32,833 nt of DNA from Octopus sinensis (taxonomy: Eukaryota), in contig NW_021832772.1 in the NCBI RefSeq assembly GCF_006345805.1, positions 1 to 32,833 on the forward strand. The letters are read 5' to 3'. The notes beneath the pieces are model-generated. The model saw only the letters and a program-made list of their open reading frames with translations. It was not told the DNA's origin and made no database searches. Made by a program: the position numbers and the translations under genes. Positions 1 through 11,008 of this stretch are shown one piece after another. Within the stretch, counting starts at the first letter, position 1; the number at the start of each line of letters is the position of its first letter.

Positions 1-561
1 GAAAAAGAAAGAAAGAAGGAAAGAAGGAAGGAAGGAGAAAAAAAGGAAGAAAGAAAGAAAGAAAGAAGAAATGAATGAATGAATGGATGAATGAATGAAA
101 GATACCAAAGAAAGAGAGATGTGAAAAAAATTACAGAATCATGAAAAAAGAAATGAATGAAAGGTGGAAAATAAAGAAAATAAAACATGAATAAAGTGTG
201 GAAAGACAAAACGAAGGTGTGAGTGAAAGAATTAAACAAGGCAAAAAGAAGATAAGGAAAAAGGGAAGCGAGGAAGAAAGAAAAAGAAAGAAAAAGAAAG
301 AAAGAAAGAAAGGAAGAAAAAGAAAGAAAGAAAGAAAGAAGGAAGAAAGAAAAGAAGGAAGGAAGGAAGAAAGGAAGAAAAAGAAAGAAAGAAAGGAAGA
401 AAAAGAAAGAAAGAAAGAAAGAAAGAAAGGAAGAAAGAAAGGAAGAAAAGAAGAAAGGAAGGAAGAAAAGAAGAAAGGAAGAAAGAAAAGAAAGAAAGAA
501 AGAAAGGAAGAAAAGAAGAAAGGAAGGAAGAAAAGAAGAAAGGAAGAAAGAAAAGAAGAAA

Positions 562-602
<41 letters not shown>

Positions 603-610
603 TAGAGAGA
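1..610. repeat. Purine-rich low-complexity tract (GAAA/GGAA/GAA, with a short GAAT run)
   Basis: Almost pure A/G tandem motifs; explains the K/E/R-rich and F/S/L-rich ORFs at 131-691. Confidence 0.95.
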
Positions 611-723
611 AAAAGTACAAGTGAAAATGACAGTAAGATGTTCTGAGGTGGTTAGGTGCATTAAAGAAAGTAGTGCGGCGGATGAATACAAGACACGATG
701 TGAGGAGGCGGAGGGCGACTTAC

Positions 724-923
724 GTAGAAAAAGGAGCCACGTTGAACAATATATTACTCATTCTTCGATAAGTCTCATTACTCTATCTCTCTCTCTCTCT
801 CAGTCTCACTCTCTCTCTCTTTCGCTTTCCTTCTCTTTCTCTCACTTTCAAACTCACACACACACAAACACACGCACACACGCACACACACACGCATGCA
901 CACGCGTACACGGCAATTATCAG
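724..923 (-). other. Candidate spliced exon (5'UTR plus start codon) of an unidentified minus-strand gene
   Basis: Minus strand: acceptor TTTATTGTTCTTACAG ending at 924, donor GTAAGT at 723-718, ATG at 761 giving MSNILFNVAPFS plus 2 nt. No homology recognised. Confidence 0.25.
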
Positions 924-977
924 CTGTAAGAACAATAAATTGAAACCACAAATCACCGGGGATTTACTACCAACAGC

Positions 978-985
978 TACTACTA

Positions 986-1028
<43 letters not shown>

Positions 1029-1483
1029 GCTACATTGCCAACGAATGAGCTTCTATGCTGTCACTCGATTTGCTAGAAATAGCAGTCGAATTTCTGTCAT
1101 TTAATACAATGCTGTCGCTAAAAAAAGTAGACATATTAGATAATATAGTTTTAGAAACCTAACAAATACAGATGGTCACGGCTGGAATGTTATCGATTTT
1201 ACATCCATCAGTTTATCTATCTCTTATCTGTATGCATCGTATTTCTACTTACCTACCTACCTACCTACCTACCTACATACATACATACATGCCTACCTAC
1301 TTACCTGCCTGCCTACCTACCTACCTACCTATCTATCTACGCATGTATGTATGTGTGTATATACATATATATATATGTATATATATATGCATGTATGTAT
1401 ATATATCTATATATATATAATATAATATAATATAAATAATATTATATATATATATGTTTGTGTGTGTTGTGTGTGTGTGTGTG

Positions 1484-1541
<58 letters not shown>

Positions 1542-1665
1542 CTTGTGTGTGTATATATATATATACTTGTGTATGTGATATATTCATTTATATATATATA
1601 TATATGCTTGTGTGTATATATATGTGTGTGTGAATGTGTGTGTGTGAATGTGTGTGTGTGTGTGT
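978..1665. repeat. Compound microsatellites (CTA)n, (CCTA)n, (TA)n, (TG)n
   Basis: (CTA)n at 978-1030 and CCTA/TACA/TA/TG runs at 1247-1665, separated by about 200 bp of non-tandem sequence. Confidence 0.9.
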
Positions 1666-2368
1666 GTTTTTTTTGTCCAACTTTATATTTATCTACCTCT
1701 CCTATCTTATCCTATCCTGTTCCTGTTTTATTTCATTGCATATAATTTTATCTCCCACTTTCTCCCTCCCTCTCCCCCTCTCTCTTTCTCTCTCTCTCTA
1801 TCAATATATCTCACTTTTCCTACACGTTCATATACACGTATACACGCATGTGTGTATGCATGTAGCTGCGTGGGTACATGTGTATGATAGAGATATTGTC
1901 CGTGTTTTTATGCGTGCATGTTGAAATATGTATCCAAATGCGTGTTAGTGCATCGAGAGACCCTCCACGCCATTGCCTGACCGAACAAGCCTGGATCTCT
2001 GGTGTATCATATTGCACGTGTGTTGTGTTGACGGGAATAAAATTGTAAATTATTCATGTGCAATACCATTATTCTAAGCTTTGTCGAAGAACAAGCTGAC
2101 CACTGAAGAATTCGTCGGAATGGATCGATACCATTTTCTCCAACATTATTCTGCAAGGTTTCGAGGCTAAAAATAAAGAGCAAACCTAAGATTTGAAACA
2201 GTGGTACCCCACCCCACCCTTTTATTTATCCCGAATGAAGAGAAACTGCGTTGTGTGTGCGTTTGTATGTGTATACATACATACATGCACAATGTATACA
2301 TACGGATATACATGCATACATACAAACATATATATACATATATGTATATATATACATACATATATATA

Positions 2369-2400
<32 letters not shown>

Positions 2401-2404
2401 CATC

Positions 2405-2791
2405 GGCGCAGGAGTGGCTGTGTGGTAAGTAGCTGCTTACCACCCACATGGTTTCGGGTTCAGTCCCACTGCTTGGTACCTTGGCCAAGTGTCTTCTACT
2501 ATAGCCTCGCGCCGACCAATGCCTTGTGAGTGGATTTGGTAGACGGAAACTGAAAGAAGCCCGTCGTATATATGTATGTGTGTGTATATGTTTGTATGTC
2601 TGTATTTGTCCCCCCAACATCGCTTGACAACCGATGCTGGTGTGTTTACGTCCCCGTAACTTAGTGGTTCGGCAAAAGAGACCGAGTGAATAAGTACTAG
2701 GCTTCCAAAGAATAAGTCCTGGGGTCGATTTGCTCGACTAAAGGCGGTGCTCCAGCGTGGCTGCAGTCAAATGACTGAAACAAGTAAAAGA
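2405..2791 (+). mobile_element. tRNA-derived SINE family A, full length
   Basis: Head GGCGCAGGAGTGGCTGTGTGGTAAG (A-box) and GGTTCAGTCC (B-box), internal TA/TG linker, tail ending GACTGAAACAAGTAAAAGA; near-identical to copies at 6896 and 30317. Confidence 0.92.
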
Positions 2792-2792
2792 T

Positions 2793-2823
<31 letters not shown>

Positions 2824-2943
2824 CACACATATATATGTATATATATTATATAAATATGCATTTGTATATATATATAATGTATGTGTATATATATATTATA
2901 TTTCTACATATCATAATATATATATATGTACACACACACACAC

Positions 2944-2944
<1 letters not shown>

Positions 2945-2974
<30 letters not shown>

Positions 2975-3048
2975 TGTATGTATGTATGTATGTATGTATG
3001 TATGTATGTATGTATGTATGTATGTATGTATGTATGTATGTATGTATG
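2945..3048. repeat. (TATG)n microsatellite
   Basis: Perfect tetranucleotide run. Confidence 0.97.
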
Positions 3049-3661
3049 TGGAAAGTGTATTTGCACGCAGGAAAAAAATATAAGAGAATTTGTTTAGGGG
3101 CTTGAAAGTGCACCAGGATCTCAAAGCGTGCAGCTGCTTTTTAAATTTTGTAATAAATTTATTCAAATACCAAACCGGTACAAACACATAAATAAATAGT
3201 TTAGGAGAGCTTAAAGTTACAAGGTAAAAATCAGCTGAACGTGTTTAAGCGATCAAATGTTTCAATGTTCACAGAAATTTTCAGTCAGTTTGACAGGGAA
3301 AGCTGGTAATATAAGCGTAAATATTTGGTGAAAATCATAACAAATGTACATTATTGAAAGTTCAGTCATATTGAGTTATTATAAAGTGGAGAAGAATGAG
3401 AAAAAGGCGGAGAAAAAGAAATAAAAAAGGTTTGTTTACAAATTCTGTCTAGGTTCGTGTAGTTCGTTTTTCAATTTCTGTTTCAGTGCATTGGTCTCTT
3501 CACCGTTTCAGTTTGTTGGAGTTCGAAGTGCTATAAGTCCAAATGTTTTAGAATATATCTGGTTTTAGGGAAAAGGATCCAATTTTTGATTGGTTATTAA
3601 TTTTGATGGCGTCTTTTTGTTTTTCTCGTGGATGTTTTGGCAAAAATATTTTTGTTTTGGC

Positions 3662-4057
3662 GTAGCTTTCTTATCAACCACATGGTTCCGGGTTCAGTCC
3701 CACTGCGTGGCACCTTCGGCAAGTGTTTTCTACTATAGCTTCGTGCCGACCAAAGCCTTGTGAGTGGATTTGGTAGACAGAAACTGAAAGAAACCCGTCG
3801 TATATATGTATATATATATATATGTATGTATGTGTGTATATGTTTGTGTGTCTGTATTTGTCCCCCTAACATTGCTTGACAACCGATGCTGGTGTGTTTA
3901 CGTCCCCCATAACTTTGGGACTCGGCAAAACAGGCCGATAGAATAAGTACTAGGCTTACAAAGAATAAGTCCTGGGGTCGATTTGCTCGACTAAAGGCGG
4001 TGCTCCAGCATGGCCACAGTCAAATGACTGAAACAAATAAAAGAGTAAAAGAGTAAA
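3662..4057 (+). mobile_element. SINE family A, 5'-truncated
   Basis: Aligns to the 2405-2791 copy from just after the A-box; tail GTAAAAGA repeats. Confidence 0.9.
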
Positions 4058-4434
4058 GTCTAGCGTTTTGATCGGTTGGCTTCCCGGTAGCGTTCATTCC
4101 TTGTTGACCACGGTCAAAGAACAAGTTCTGATTGGTTGTAAGTTTCGGGGCGTCACTTTATTTTGATCAGAAATACTTACCGTTTTGGACAAAATATTTT
4201 TGTTTTAGCAAAATTCAACGTTCAGCTTGGTTGACTTTCTGGTTGGGACTCGGTGAATTGGTTTTGCCTGATGGTCATCTAGTGTTCCGGTTGATTGGTT
4301 CCCTTAAGAAATCAGTATTTTTTTCCTGTGAGTCAGGTCCTGACCAGAAACGAATTTCATTGGTTTTGTCTGAGGTGACGTCAGCAACTGGTGTTTGAGA
4401 AGGTGTATGATGTTATTGTATAGTAATTTGGAGT

Positions 4435-4827
4435 GGAGGCGCAATGACCCAGTGGTTAGGGCAGCGGACTCGCGGTCATAGGATCGCGGTTTCGATTCCC
4501 AGACCGGGCGTTGTGAGTGTTTATTGAGCGAAAACACCTAAAAAAAGCTCCACGAGGCTCCGGCAGGGGATGGTGGTGACCCCTGCTGTACTCTTTCACC
4601 ACAACTTTCTCTCGCTCTTACTTCCTGTTTCCGTTGTACCTGTATTTCAAGGGGCCGGTCTTGTCACTCTCTGTGCCACGCTGAATATCCCCGAGAACTA
4701 CGTTAAGGGTACACGTGGCTGTGGAGTGCTCAGCCACTTACACGTTAATTTCACGAGCAGGCTGTTCCGTTGATTCGGATCAACCGGAACCCTCATCGTC
4801 GTAACCGACGGAGTGCTTCCATTCCAC
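4435..4827 (+). mobile_element. tRNA-derived SINE family B (tail type 1) with 15-bp TSD
   Basis: Head GGAGGCGCAATGACCCAGTGGTTAGG...GGTTTCGATTCCC; TSD ATAGTAATTTGGAGT at 4420-4434 and 4828-4842; homologous to 31827-32210. Confidence 0.93.
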
Positions 4828-4883
4828 ATAGTAATTTGGAGTTTTACCATATAACTTTAAACTCTCTTAAACCCTTTACTTTG

Positions 4884-4923
4884 TACCATTGATAAGCATA
4901 ATACTGTGGAAACCGGTTTGGTA
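4884..4923 (+). ncRNA. Minimal type-I hammerhead ribozyme motif, U3-A8 core variant
   Basis: Stem I TACCA/TGGTA, core TTGATAA, imperfect stem II (g)CATA-atac-TGTG, GAAA, palindromic ACCGGT stem III, GUU cleavage triplet ending at 4918. Confidence 0.5.
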
Positions 4924-5030
4924 TTTGAATAAACCTATGTATATATAGGTGAATTTGTTTTGGGGGTTTGAAAATGCAACTGAGTCTCAAAACCTGTTGT
5001 TTTTTTAATTTTGTAATAGATTTATTCAAA

Positions 5031-5070
5031 TACCAAACCGGTTTCCACAGTATTTTGCTTATCAATGGTA
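5031..5070 (-). ncRNA. Inverted copy of the minimal hammerhead motif
   Basis: Reverse complement reads TACCA TTGATAA GCAAAATACTGTG GAAA CCGGTT TGGTA; one substitution versus 4884-4923, further weakening stem II. Confidence 0.45.
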
Positions 5071-5302
5071 CAAATATATAAGTAAAGGGTTTAAGAGAGT
5101 TTAAAGTTATATGGTAAAACTCCAAATTACTATACAATAACACCATACACCTTCTCAAACACCAGTTATATATATATATATATATATATAATACCAGTTA
5201 TATATATATATATATATATATATACATACATGAATACACGCATACACATCAATAGATGCATGAAGTGTATACACACATATATATGTAATGTATGTATACA
5301 TA

Positions 5303-5525
5303 CAGGGTTGGCCAAAAGTCACCAGAGATTAAATCAAATATTCAATTTTATTTATTCATTCTATATGAATGTTTAATAATCGAATGCTGTGAATTAAAAT
5401 CGCCACCTTTTTTTTTCAACATTTGTCTATTTATTAGCTAAGTCTTATATAAAATATTTTTTTTTGTTTTAATCTAGGAATTAAATGGTTTTGATTTACT
5501 CTCAGGTGACTTTTAGCGAACTTTG
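5303..5525. mobile_element. Tc1/mariner-type MITE
   Basis: Imperfect TIRs of about 36 bp: CAGGGTTGGCCAAAAGTCACCAGAGATTAAATCAAA and TTTGATTTACTCTCAGGTGACTTTTAGCGAACTTTG; TA at the left flank; AT-rich non-coding interior. Confidence 0.8.
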
Positions 5526-5646
5526 TTATATTATATATACATATATATACATATATATATTATATAACATATATATACTATATATCATACATATATACAT
5601 ATGTATATTATATATATATAATATATATATATATATATAATATATA

Positions 5647-5677
<31 letters not shown>

Positions 5678-5789
5678 TGTATGTATGCATGATGCATAAA
5701 TTATGCATGCATACATACACACAGTAACACACATAGACACACAGACTCGCTCACACATACACTCACACTCATGTACTTACATACAGGGT

Positions 5790-6168
5790 TTTGAAGGTTT
5801 TGAACCACGTCTTAACCACTATTGTTCCCAGGTCTGTCTATCAGTGCCACAACTGTTCGTTAACTACCATATGTGATAACATTCCACCTATGTGCGGGGT
5901 CGCAGAAATTCCCTTGGATGGTGTCAGGGAGCACCGTAAAACCGCTAGGAGTGAGAAACTTCTACCTGTTGTCACAGCATCCTTCTAGAAGAAGGGCACT
6001 CTGGTGCAAGGTCTGCTGTTTGGTTAACTGGTCATGTCTCTTTGCCTGTCACTATGTACTAATTACAGCGGGGTGACGTCATTTGAAGGTTAAACAATGC
6101 GAAGCGCATTGTGACCAGCGATGTGTAGCAACATCTGATAGCCTGGTCGGTCAAGTGATCAAGTGATA
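5790..6168 (+). mobile_element. Probable 5'-truncated retroposon 3' end
   Basis: GC-richer island between microsatellites ending in tandem CAAGTGAT followed by (TACA)n; only one copy in the window. Confidence 0.35.
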
Positions 6169-6579
6169 CATACATACATACATACATACATACATACATA
6201 CATACATACATACATACATACACACATACATACATATCTGGAGATATATATATATATTTTATATATATTATATATAATATAATATATAAGGGGAGAGACA
6301 GAGAGTAAAGTTTGTCTATTTGTCTTGAAACAACGTCGTTACTTCCCTACGCAACTTTATCAAATTTCGCACGGAAAAACCAAATACAATCGTGATTAAT
6401 CTATGTACAACAAAATATCCTAGATCCGTTCTATCCTTAGGGTAATACAGAGATGAGTCAGAAACAAAGTTGAAGAAAGACAGAAAGGTATAATTGAGTA
6501 GAAGGCGAGCAAAAGTGTTAGTGTGAGGTACAGAAACGGTATCAAAATGTGACACCGGATTTCTTTTTTCTCCTTTCCG

Positions 6580-6774
6580 TTATTTCTCTCTCTTTCTCGC
6601 TCCACTCTCTCTCTCTCTCTATCTCTTCTCTCTCTCTTCCTCTCTCTCTCTCTCTCTCTCTTATGTGTGTGTATGTGTGTGTGTATGAATGTATGTATGT
6701 AACTATCTGTCTATCTATCTCTATATCTATCTGTCTATCTCTCTATATATCTATCTATCTTATATCTATCTATC

Positions 6775-6813
<39 letters not shown>

Positions 6814-6816
6814 ACA

Positions 6817-6895
<79 letters not shown>
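6580..6895. repeat. Compound microsatellite (CT)n/(TG)n/(TATC)n/(TA)n
   Basis: Direct inspection. Confidence 0.92.
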
Positions 6896-6897
<2 letters not shown>

Positions 6898-7075
6898 AGT
6901 GGCTGTGTGGTAAGTAGCTTGCTTACCAACCACATGGTTCCGGGTTCAGTCCCACTGCGTGGCACCTTGGGCAAGTGTCTTCTGCTATAGCCCCGGGCCG
7001 ACCAATGCCTTGTGAGTGGATTTAGTAGACGGAAACTGAAAGAAGCCTGTCGTATAATGTATATATATAATATAT

Positions 7076-7135
<60 letters not shown>

Positions 7136-7368
7136 TGTGTGTATATGTTTGTGTGTCTGTGTTTGTCCCCCTAGCATTGCTTGACAACCGATGCTGGTGG
7201 TGTGTTTATATCCCCGTCACTTAGCGGTTCGGCAAAAGAGACCGATAGAATAAGTACTGAGCTTACAAAGAATAAGCCCGGGGTCGATTTGCTCGACTAA
7301 AGGCGGTGCTCCAGCATAGCCGCAGTCAAATGACTGAAACAAGTAAAAGAGTAAAAGAGTAAAAGAGT
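6896..7368 (+). mobile_element. SINE family A with expanded internal (TA)n linker
   Basis: Head and tail match the 2405 copy; three GTAAAAGA tail repeats; flanked by (TA)n on both sides. Confidence 0.93.
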
Positions 7369-7699
7369 ATATATATATATGACTCCTTATTTAAATATAA
7401 ATATAAATATTTATATTTATATCAAATATAAAATATAAAATTTATTCTTTTATTGTTTATAAATATTTGTAAAATATTCAGGTATTATGTTAATATTTAA
7501 TCACACACCCAACGAATGCTTGGTTTACAAATTATTATTCTTTTATTTGTTTCAGCTCCGCGGCTGCGGTCATGCGGGAACACCAGCAGCCATTTGTTGT
7601 AAGTTCTCTGTGTGGGCGAAAAAAAATGACACTGTGCGTCTATGTCACCGTCATTCCACAGTTATCAGGACCCTATAAAAAGTACAAGTTACCTCGTAT

Positions 7700-8185
7700 G
7701 GGGTTCTATGTTAACGATTGTATCAACTATCCGTCAGAGGTTTTCAACCCATCCGATCCCTCTGTTGTCGAACCTCACGATCTGCAACAGAATGAAGAAC
7801 CACCCTTAATGTTGCTACGAAATTTGGATACTACAAAATCCTGTAACAATATGAATCTAGCTGTTCAAACTCTTCTGCTCCATGTGATCGAAGCCACCAT
7901 TCTGGCAAGTTGTACCAGAAAAGAAAATGCGTTCATTCTACATATTTCCATCATGTTATCAGATATATTATTTCAGTTCAAGTTCCTTCATTTTCCAGTA
8001 CTGCGACCCATTTCTGTGACTATCAAGAAATCTCAAGGACAATTCCTTAAGGCTCTCAGTTTGATAAGTCTGTGTTTCTCTTTCCGTTAGTTCTAAGTTA
8101 ATTGTGTATTGGACCAAGCAGATGTCTCTTCATTGTATTACCAAACCACAGAGCAAACAATGTTGTCCATCGCAAAAACTCTTGC
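7700..8185 (+). pseudogene. Helitron Rep/Hel Pif1-family helicase C-terminal remnant
   Basis: NYPSEVFNPSDP..PHDL..PLMLLRNLD..CN..LAV..L..HVIEATIL..FQFKFLHFPV..VTIKKSQGQ..CFS matches Pif1 motifs (NYPTEFLNSL, IMLLRNL, CNGTRL, FPV, TINKSQGQ, FSHGQLYV); stops and a frameshift after 8090, then ANNVVHRK resembling the TKNVVY terminus. Confidence 0.9.
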
Positions 8186-8424
8186 TGAATAAAATAAATT
8201 TCTTTTTGAATTGCTTCTGTTTTATGCTTTGCACATCATTTGAGAATAACAAGAAACAATATGAAGTAAAGATATTCTTTTATTTTGTCACAAAACAAAA
8301 ATGATCAATGAACACTGTTTCAAAACCTTCACACAATATAGAAGCCGGGAAAAAGTCAAACTTACATATTTACCTGAATTACAATTAAATATGTTCGCAA
8401 ATTTAGTTACATACAATAAGTACT

Positions 8425-8747
8425 GTGGAAGTGCAATGGCCCAGTGGTTGTTAGGCCAGCGGACTCGCGGTCGGAGGACAGCGGTTTCGATTCCCAGACC
8501 GGGCGTTGTGTGTGTTTATTGAGCGAAAACACCTAAAAGTTCCACGAGGCTCCGGCAGAGGGGGGGCAACCCCTGTTGTACTCTTTCGACCCAACTTTCT
8601 CTCGCTGTTTCCTCCTGTTTCTTAAGTAACGCTGCGATGGACTGGCATCCCGTCAAGCTGGGGGAACACATACGCCACAGAAACCGGGAAACCGGGCCCA
8701 TGAGCCTGGCTAGGCTTGAAAAGGGCGCCTAAAAAAAACAAAAAAAA
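8425..8747 (+). mobile_element. SINE family B (tail type 2, Meta-like) with A-rich tail and 12-bp TSD
   Basis: Same head as 4435; TSD ACAATAAGTACT at 8413-8424 and 8748-8759. Confidence 0.92.
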
Positions 8748-8950
8748 ACAATAAGTACTACTTTATGTTGAAGTAAATTTAGCTTAACAAAGAAGTTTTT
8801 ACATATTCGATACCCGAATAACACCAGTTAATATCTTGTACTTTATGTAAGTATGTGTGTTCTCTCCTATTTCAAATTATTTGAAGTCTTCTTGTAAGGA
8901 AAGAGCTACTTTCTAGCAAAGATACCAGCAACGTTTTGAATTTCAGAAAA

Positions 8951-9211
8951 TAAAAATAAATAAATGCACCCGTTTAAAGCCTATCCAGGCTCATGGGCCT
9001 GGTTTCCAGGTTTCAATGGCGTATGTGTTCCCCAGCTGATGGGATGCCAGTCCATCGCAGCGTTACTCATTTTTGCCAGCTGAGTGGACTGGAGCAACGT
9101 GAAATGAAGTGTTTTTCTCAAGAACACAACGCGTCGCCCAGTCCAAGAATCGAAACCACAATCTTACGATGATGGTGCTGACAACCTAACCACTATGCCA
9201 CGCGCCTCCAC
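8951..9211 (-). mobile_element. tRNA-derived MetaSINE-like element sharing its tail with 8425-8747
   Basis: Head GTGGAGGCGCGTGGCATAGTGGTTAGG..GGTTTCGATTC; CTGCGATGGACTGGCATCCC..GAAACC segment; TSD GAA(T/C)TTCAGAAAA at 8938-8950 and 9212-9224. Confidence 0.85.
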
Positions 9212-9361
9212 GAACTTCAGAAAACGTCTTGCATATTTTTACTGTTCTGCTTAAAGCCTGTATTTATAAATGTATTCGTTTTTCCTGAAAACCTCGGCTT
9301 TTCCAGATTGTTATTTAGACATTTACCCACAAAACCAAGTGTCAATTATTATCGGCATAAG

Positions 9362-9436
9362 TGTATGTATGTACGTATGTATGTATGTATGTATGTATGT
9401 ATGTATGTATGTATGTATGTATGTATGTATGTATGC
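9362..9436. repeat. (TATG)n microsatellite
   Basis: Direct inspection. Confidence 0.95.
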
Positions 9437-9914
9437 ATGGATTTCTATGAAATCTTATAAAATGGGTTTGAATTGTAACTGAGAAAGTTACATCGTTTGA
9501 ATTCAGATAAGAATAATAGTGAAGAATTACATGTTGAAGTTTTGATAAATCTGATATATTTTCCCTTCTCTGTTTACAGATTGAATTTGCAGAATTTGAA
9601 TTGAACGGCTTCGTTCTTTGCCTAAAAATCGCGATATTCATTTCTTTATATATTTCTTGATTTTCTCGAGATTATTACATAAATATTTACTTAACCATAT
9701 GCACCGGTTGTTAGTACAAATGTAAATTTATAGTCTGAGAAGAGAAGTTGTAGATTTGGAAACAGCTGTCCATCACCGTTGCTTTTCATATTGATTTTAT
9801 TTTTTCTGTGTGAAATGTTCATATTTGCTGAACATAATTTGTTCTATTTTTCAGTTAAACATAGTGAAAACGTTGAATGGAATACATCACCAGTATTTCT
9901 TTTCTTTACGGAAA

Positions 9915-10531
9915 ATTGGTTTCAAATATTGGCACATGGGTAGTAATTCCTGGGGAGAAGATAAGTCGATTACATTAACTCCAGTGCTCAACTGGTACTT
10001 ATTTAATGCAAGGCGGCAAGCTGGCAGAAACGGTAGCGTGCCGGGCGAAATGTTTAGCGGTATTTCGTCTGTCGTTACGTTCTGAGTTCAAATTCCGCCA
10101 AGGTCGACTTTGCCTTTCATCCTTTCGGGGTCGATAAATTAAGTACCAGTTACGCACTGGGGTCGATACAATCGACTTAATCCCTTTGTCTGTCCTTGTT
10201 TGTCTCCTCTATGTTTAGCCCCTTGTGGGTAGTAAAGAAATAGGTATTTCGTCTGCTGTTACGTTCTGAGTTCAAATTCCGCCGAGGTCGATTTCTGCCT
10301 TTCATCCTTTCGGGATCGATTAAATAAGTACCAGTTACGCACTGGGGTCGATATAATCGACTTAATCCGTTTGTCTGTCCTTGTTTGTCCCCTGTGTTTA
10401 GCCTCTTATTTAATGGACTCCGAAAGGATGAAAGGCAAAATCGACCTCGGCAGAGTTTACATTCAGAAAGTAAAGACGGACAAAATGCCGCTATGCATTT
10501 CGCCCAGGGAGCTAACGATTCTGGCAGCTCA
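9915..10531 (-). mobile_element. SINE family C short-tail variant, split by a younger family C dimer
   Basis: 9915-10008 and 10405-10531 join into one minus-strand copy across the duplicated CTTATTTAATG. Confidence 0.8.
10009..10404 (+). mobile_element. SINE family C head-to-tail dimer with 11-bp TSD
   Basis: Head GGCGGCAAGCTGGCAGAAACGG; second unit restarts at GGTATTTCGTCTG (10243); TSD CTTATTTAATG at 9998-10008 and 10405-10415. Confidence 0.9.
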
Positions 10532-10554
10532 CCTTATTTCTTTCTTTAATATCC

Positions 10555-10760
10555 TTTCTACTATAGACACAAGGCCTGAAATTTTGGGGGAGGGGCTAGT
10601 CGATTACATCATCCCCAGCACACGACTGCTACTTATTTTATCCACCCCGAAAGGATGAAAGGTAACGTCGTCCTTGGCGGAATTTGAACTCAGAACGCAG
10701 AGGTGGACTAAACGCCGCTAAAACTTTCGTCAGCATGCTAACAATTCTGCCAGCTGACCT
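10555..10760 (-). mobile_element. SINE family C short-tail variant, diverged
   Basis: CCCCGAAAGGATGAAAGG and GGAATTTGAACTCAGAACG blocks. Confidence 0.8.
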
Positions 10761-10793
10761 CTTTATTCCATTTAAATATCAAAATCATTTCCA

Positions 10794-11008
10794 AGGTGGC
10801 AAGCCGGAAGAATCGTTAGCACACCGACCAAAAATGTCCAGCGGTATTTCGTCCGTCTCTGAACGTTTTGAGTTCAAATTTTACCGAGGCCGACTATGCT
10901 TTTCATCCTTTCGGGATCCATAGAATAAGTACCAGCCGTATACTGGCGTCGATATAATCGACTTACACCCTTTCCCGAAATTTCTGGCCGTGCGCCAAAA
11001 TTTGAAAC
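10794..11008 (+). mobile_element. SINE family C short-tail variant, diverged
   Basis: GGTGGCAAGCCGGAAGAATCGTTAGC head, GAGTTCAAATT B-box, TTTCATCCTTTCGGG core. Confidence 0.8.

Larger units (their letters stand above)
3086..5167 (-). mobile_element. Probable Penelope-like retroelement remnant with direct and inverted pseudo-LTR segments, interrupted by two SINEs
   Basis: 3086-3229 is homologous to 4951-5119; 4386-4938 (minus the SINE) is the inverted copy of 5016-5167; hammerhead motif in both arms; minus-strand translation near 4190-4300 reads EH*MTIRQNQFTES...TLNFAKTKI, resembling a GIY-YIG endonuclease (weak). Confidence 0.55.

Noticed and set aside
131-691. 186-aa F/S/L-rich and 135-aa K/E/R-rich ORFs
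   Set aside because: Both are translations of a GAAA/GGAA tract that lacks stop codons by composition.
1045-1230. Weak similarity (TGCTAGAAA.AGCA) to 23265-23340, possibly an old repeat
   Set aside because: Too little alignable sequence to define an element.
2103-2132. CTGAAGA-ATTC-gtcg-GAAT hammerhead-like core and stem II
   Set aside because: GAAA is replaced by GGAT and no stem I pairing exists.
2405-2475. SINE heads as tRNA genes
   Set aside because: A and B boxes are present but there is no complete cloverleaf, and each continues into a SINE body and tail.
8811-8840. Possible decayed Helitron 3' terminus downstream of the Pif1 remnant
   Set aside because: The hairpin and CTRR end are too degenerate to support.
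9342-9690. Minus-strand 99-aa ORF and a plus-strand acceptor TTTTCCCTTCTCTGTTTACAG near 9579
   Set aside because: No recognisable domain; the ORF runs into (CATA)n, and the plus-strand frames close quickly with no donor.
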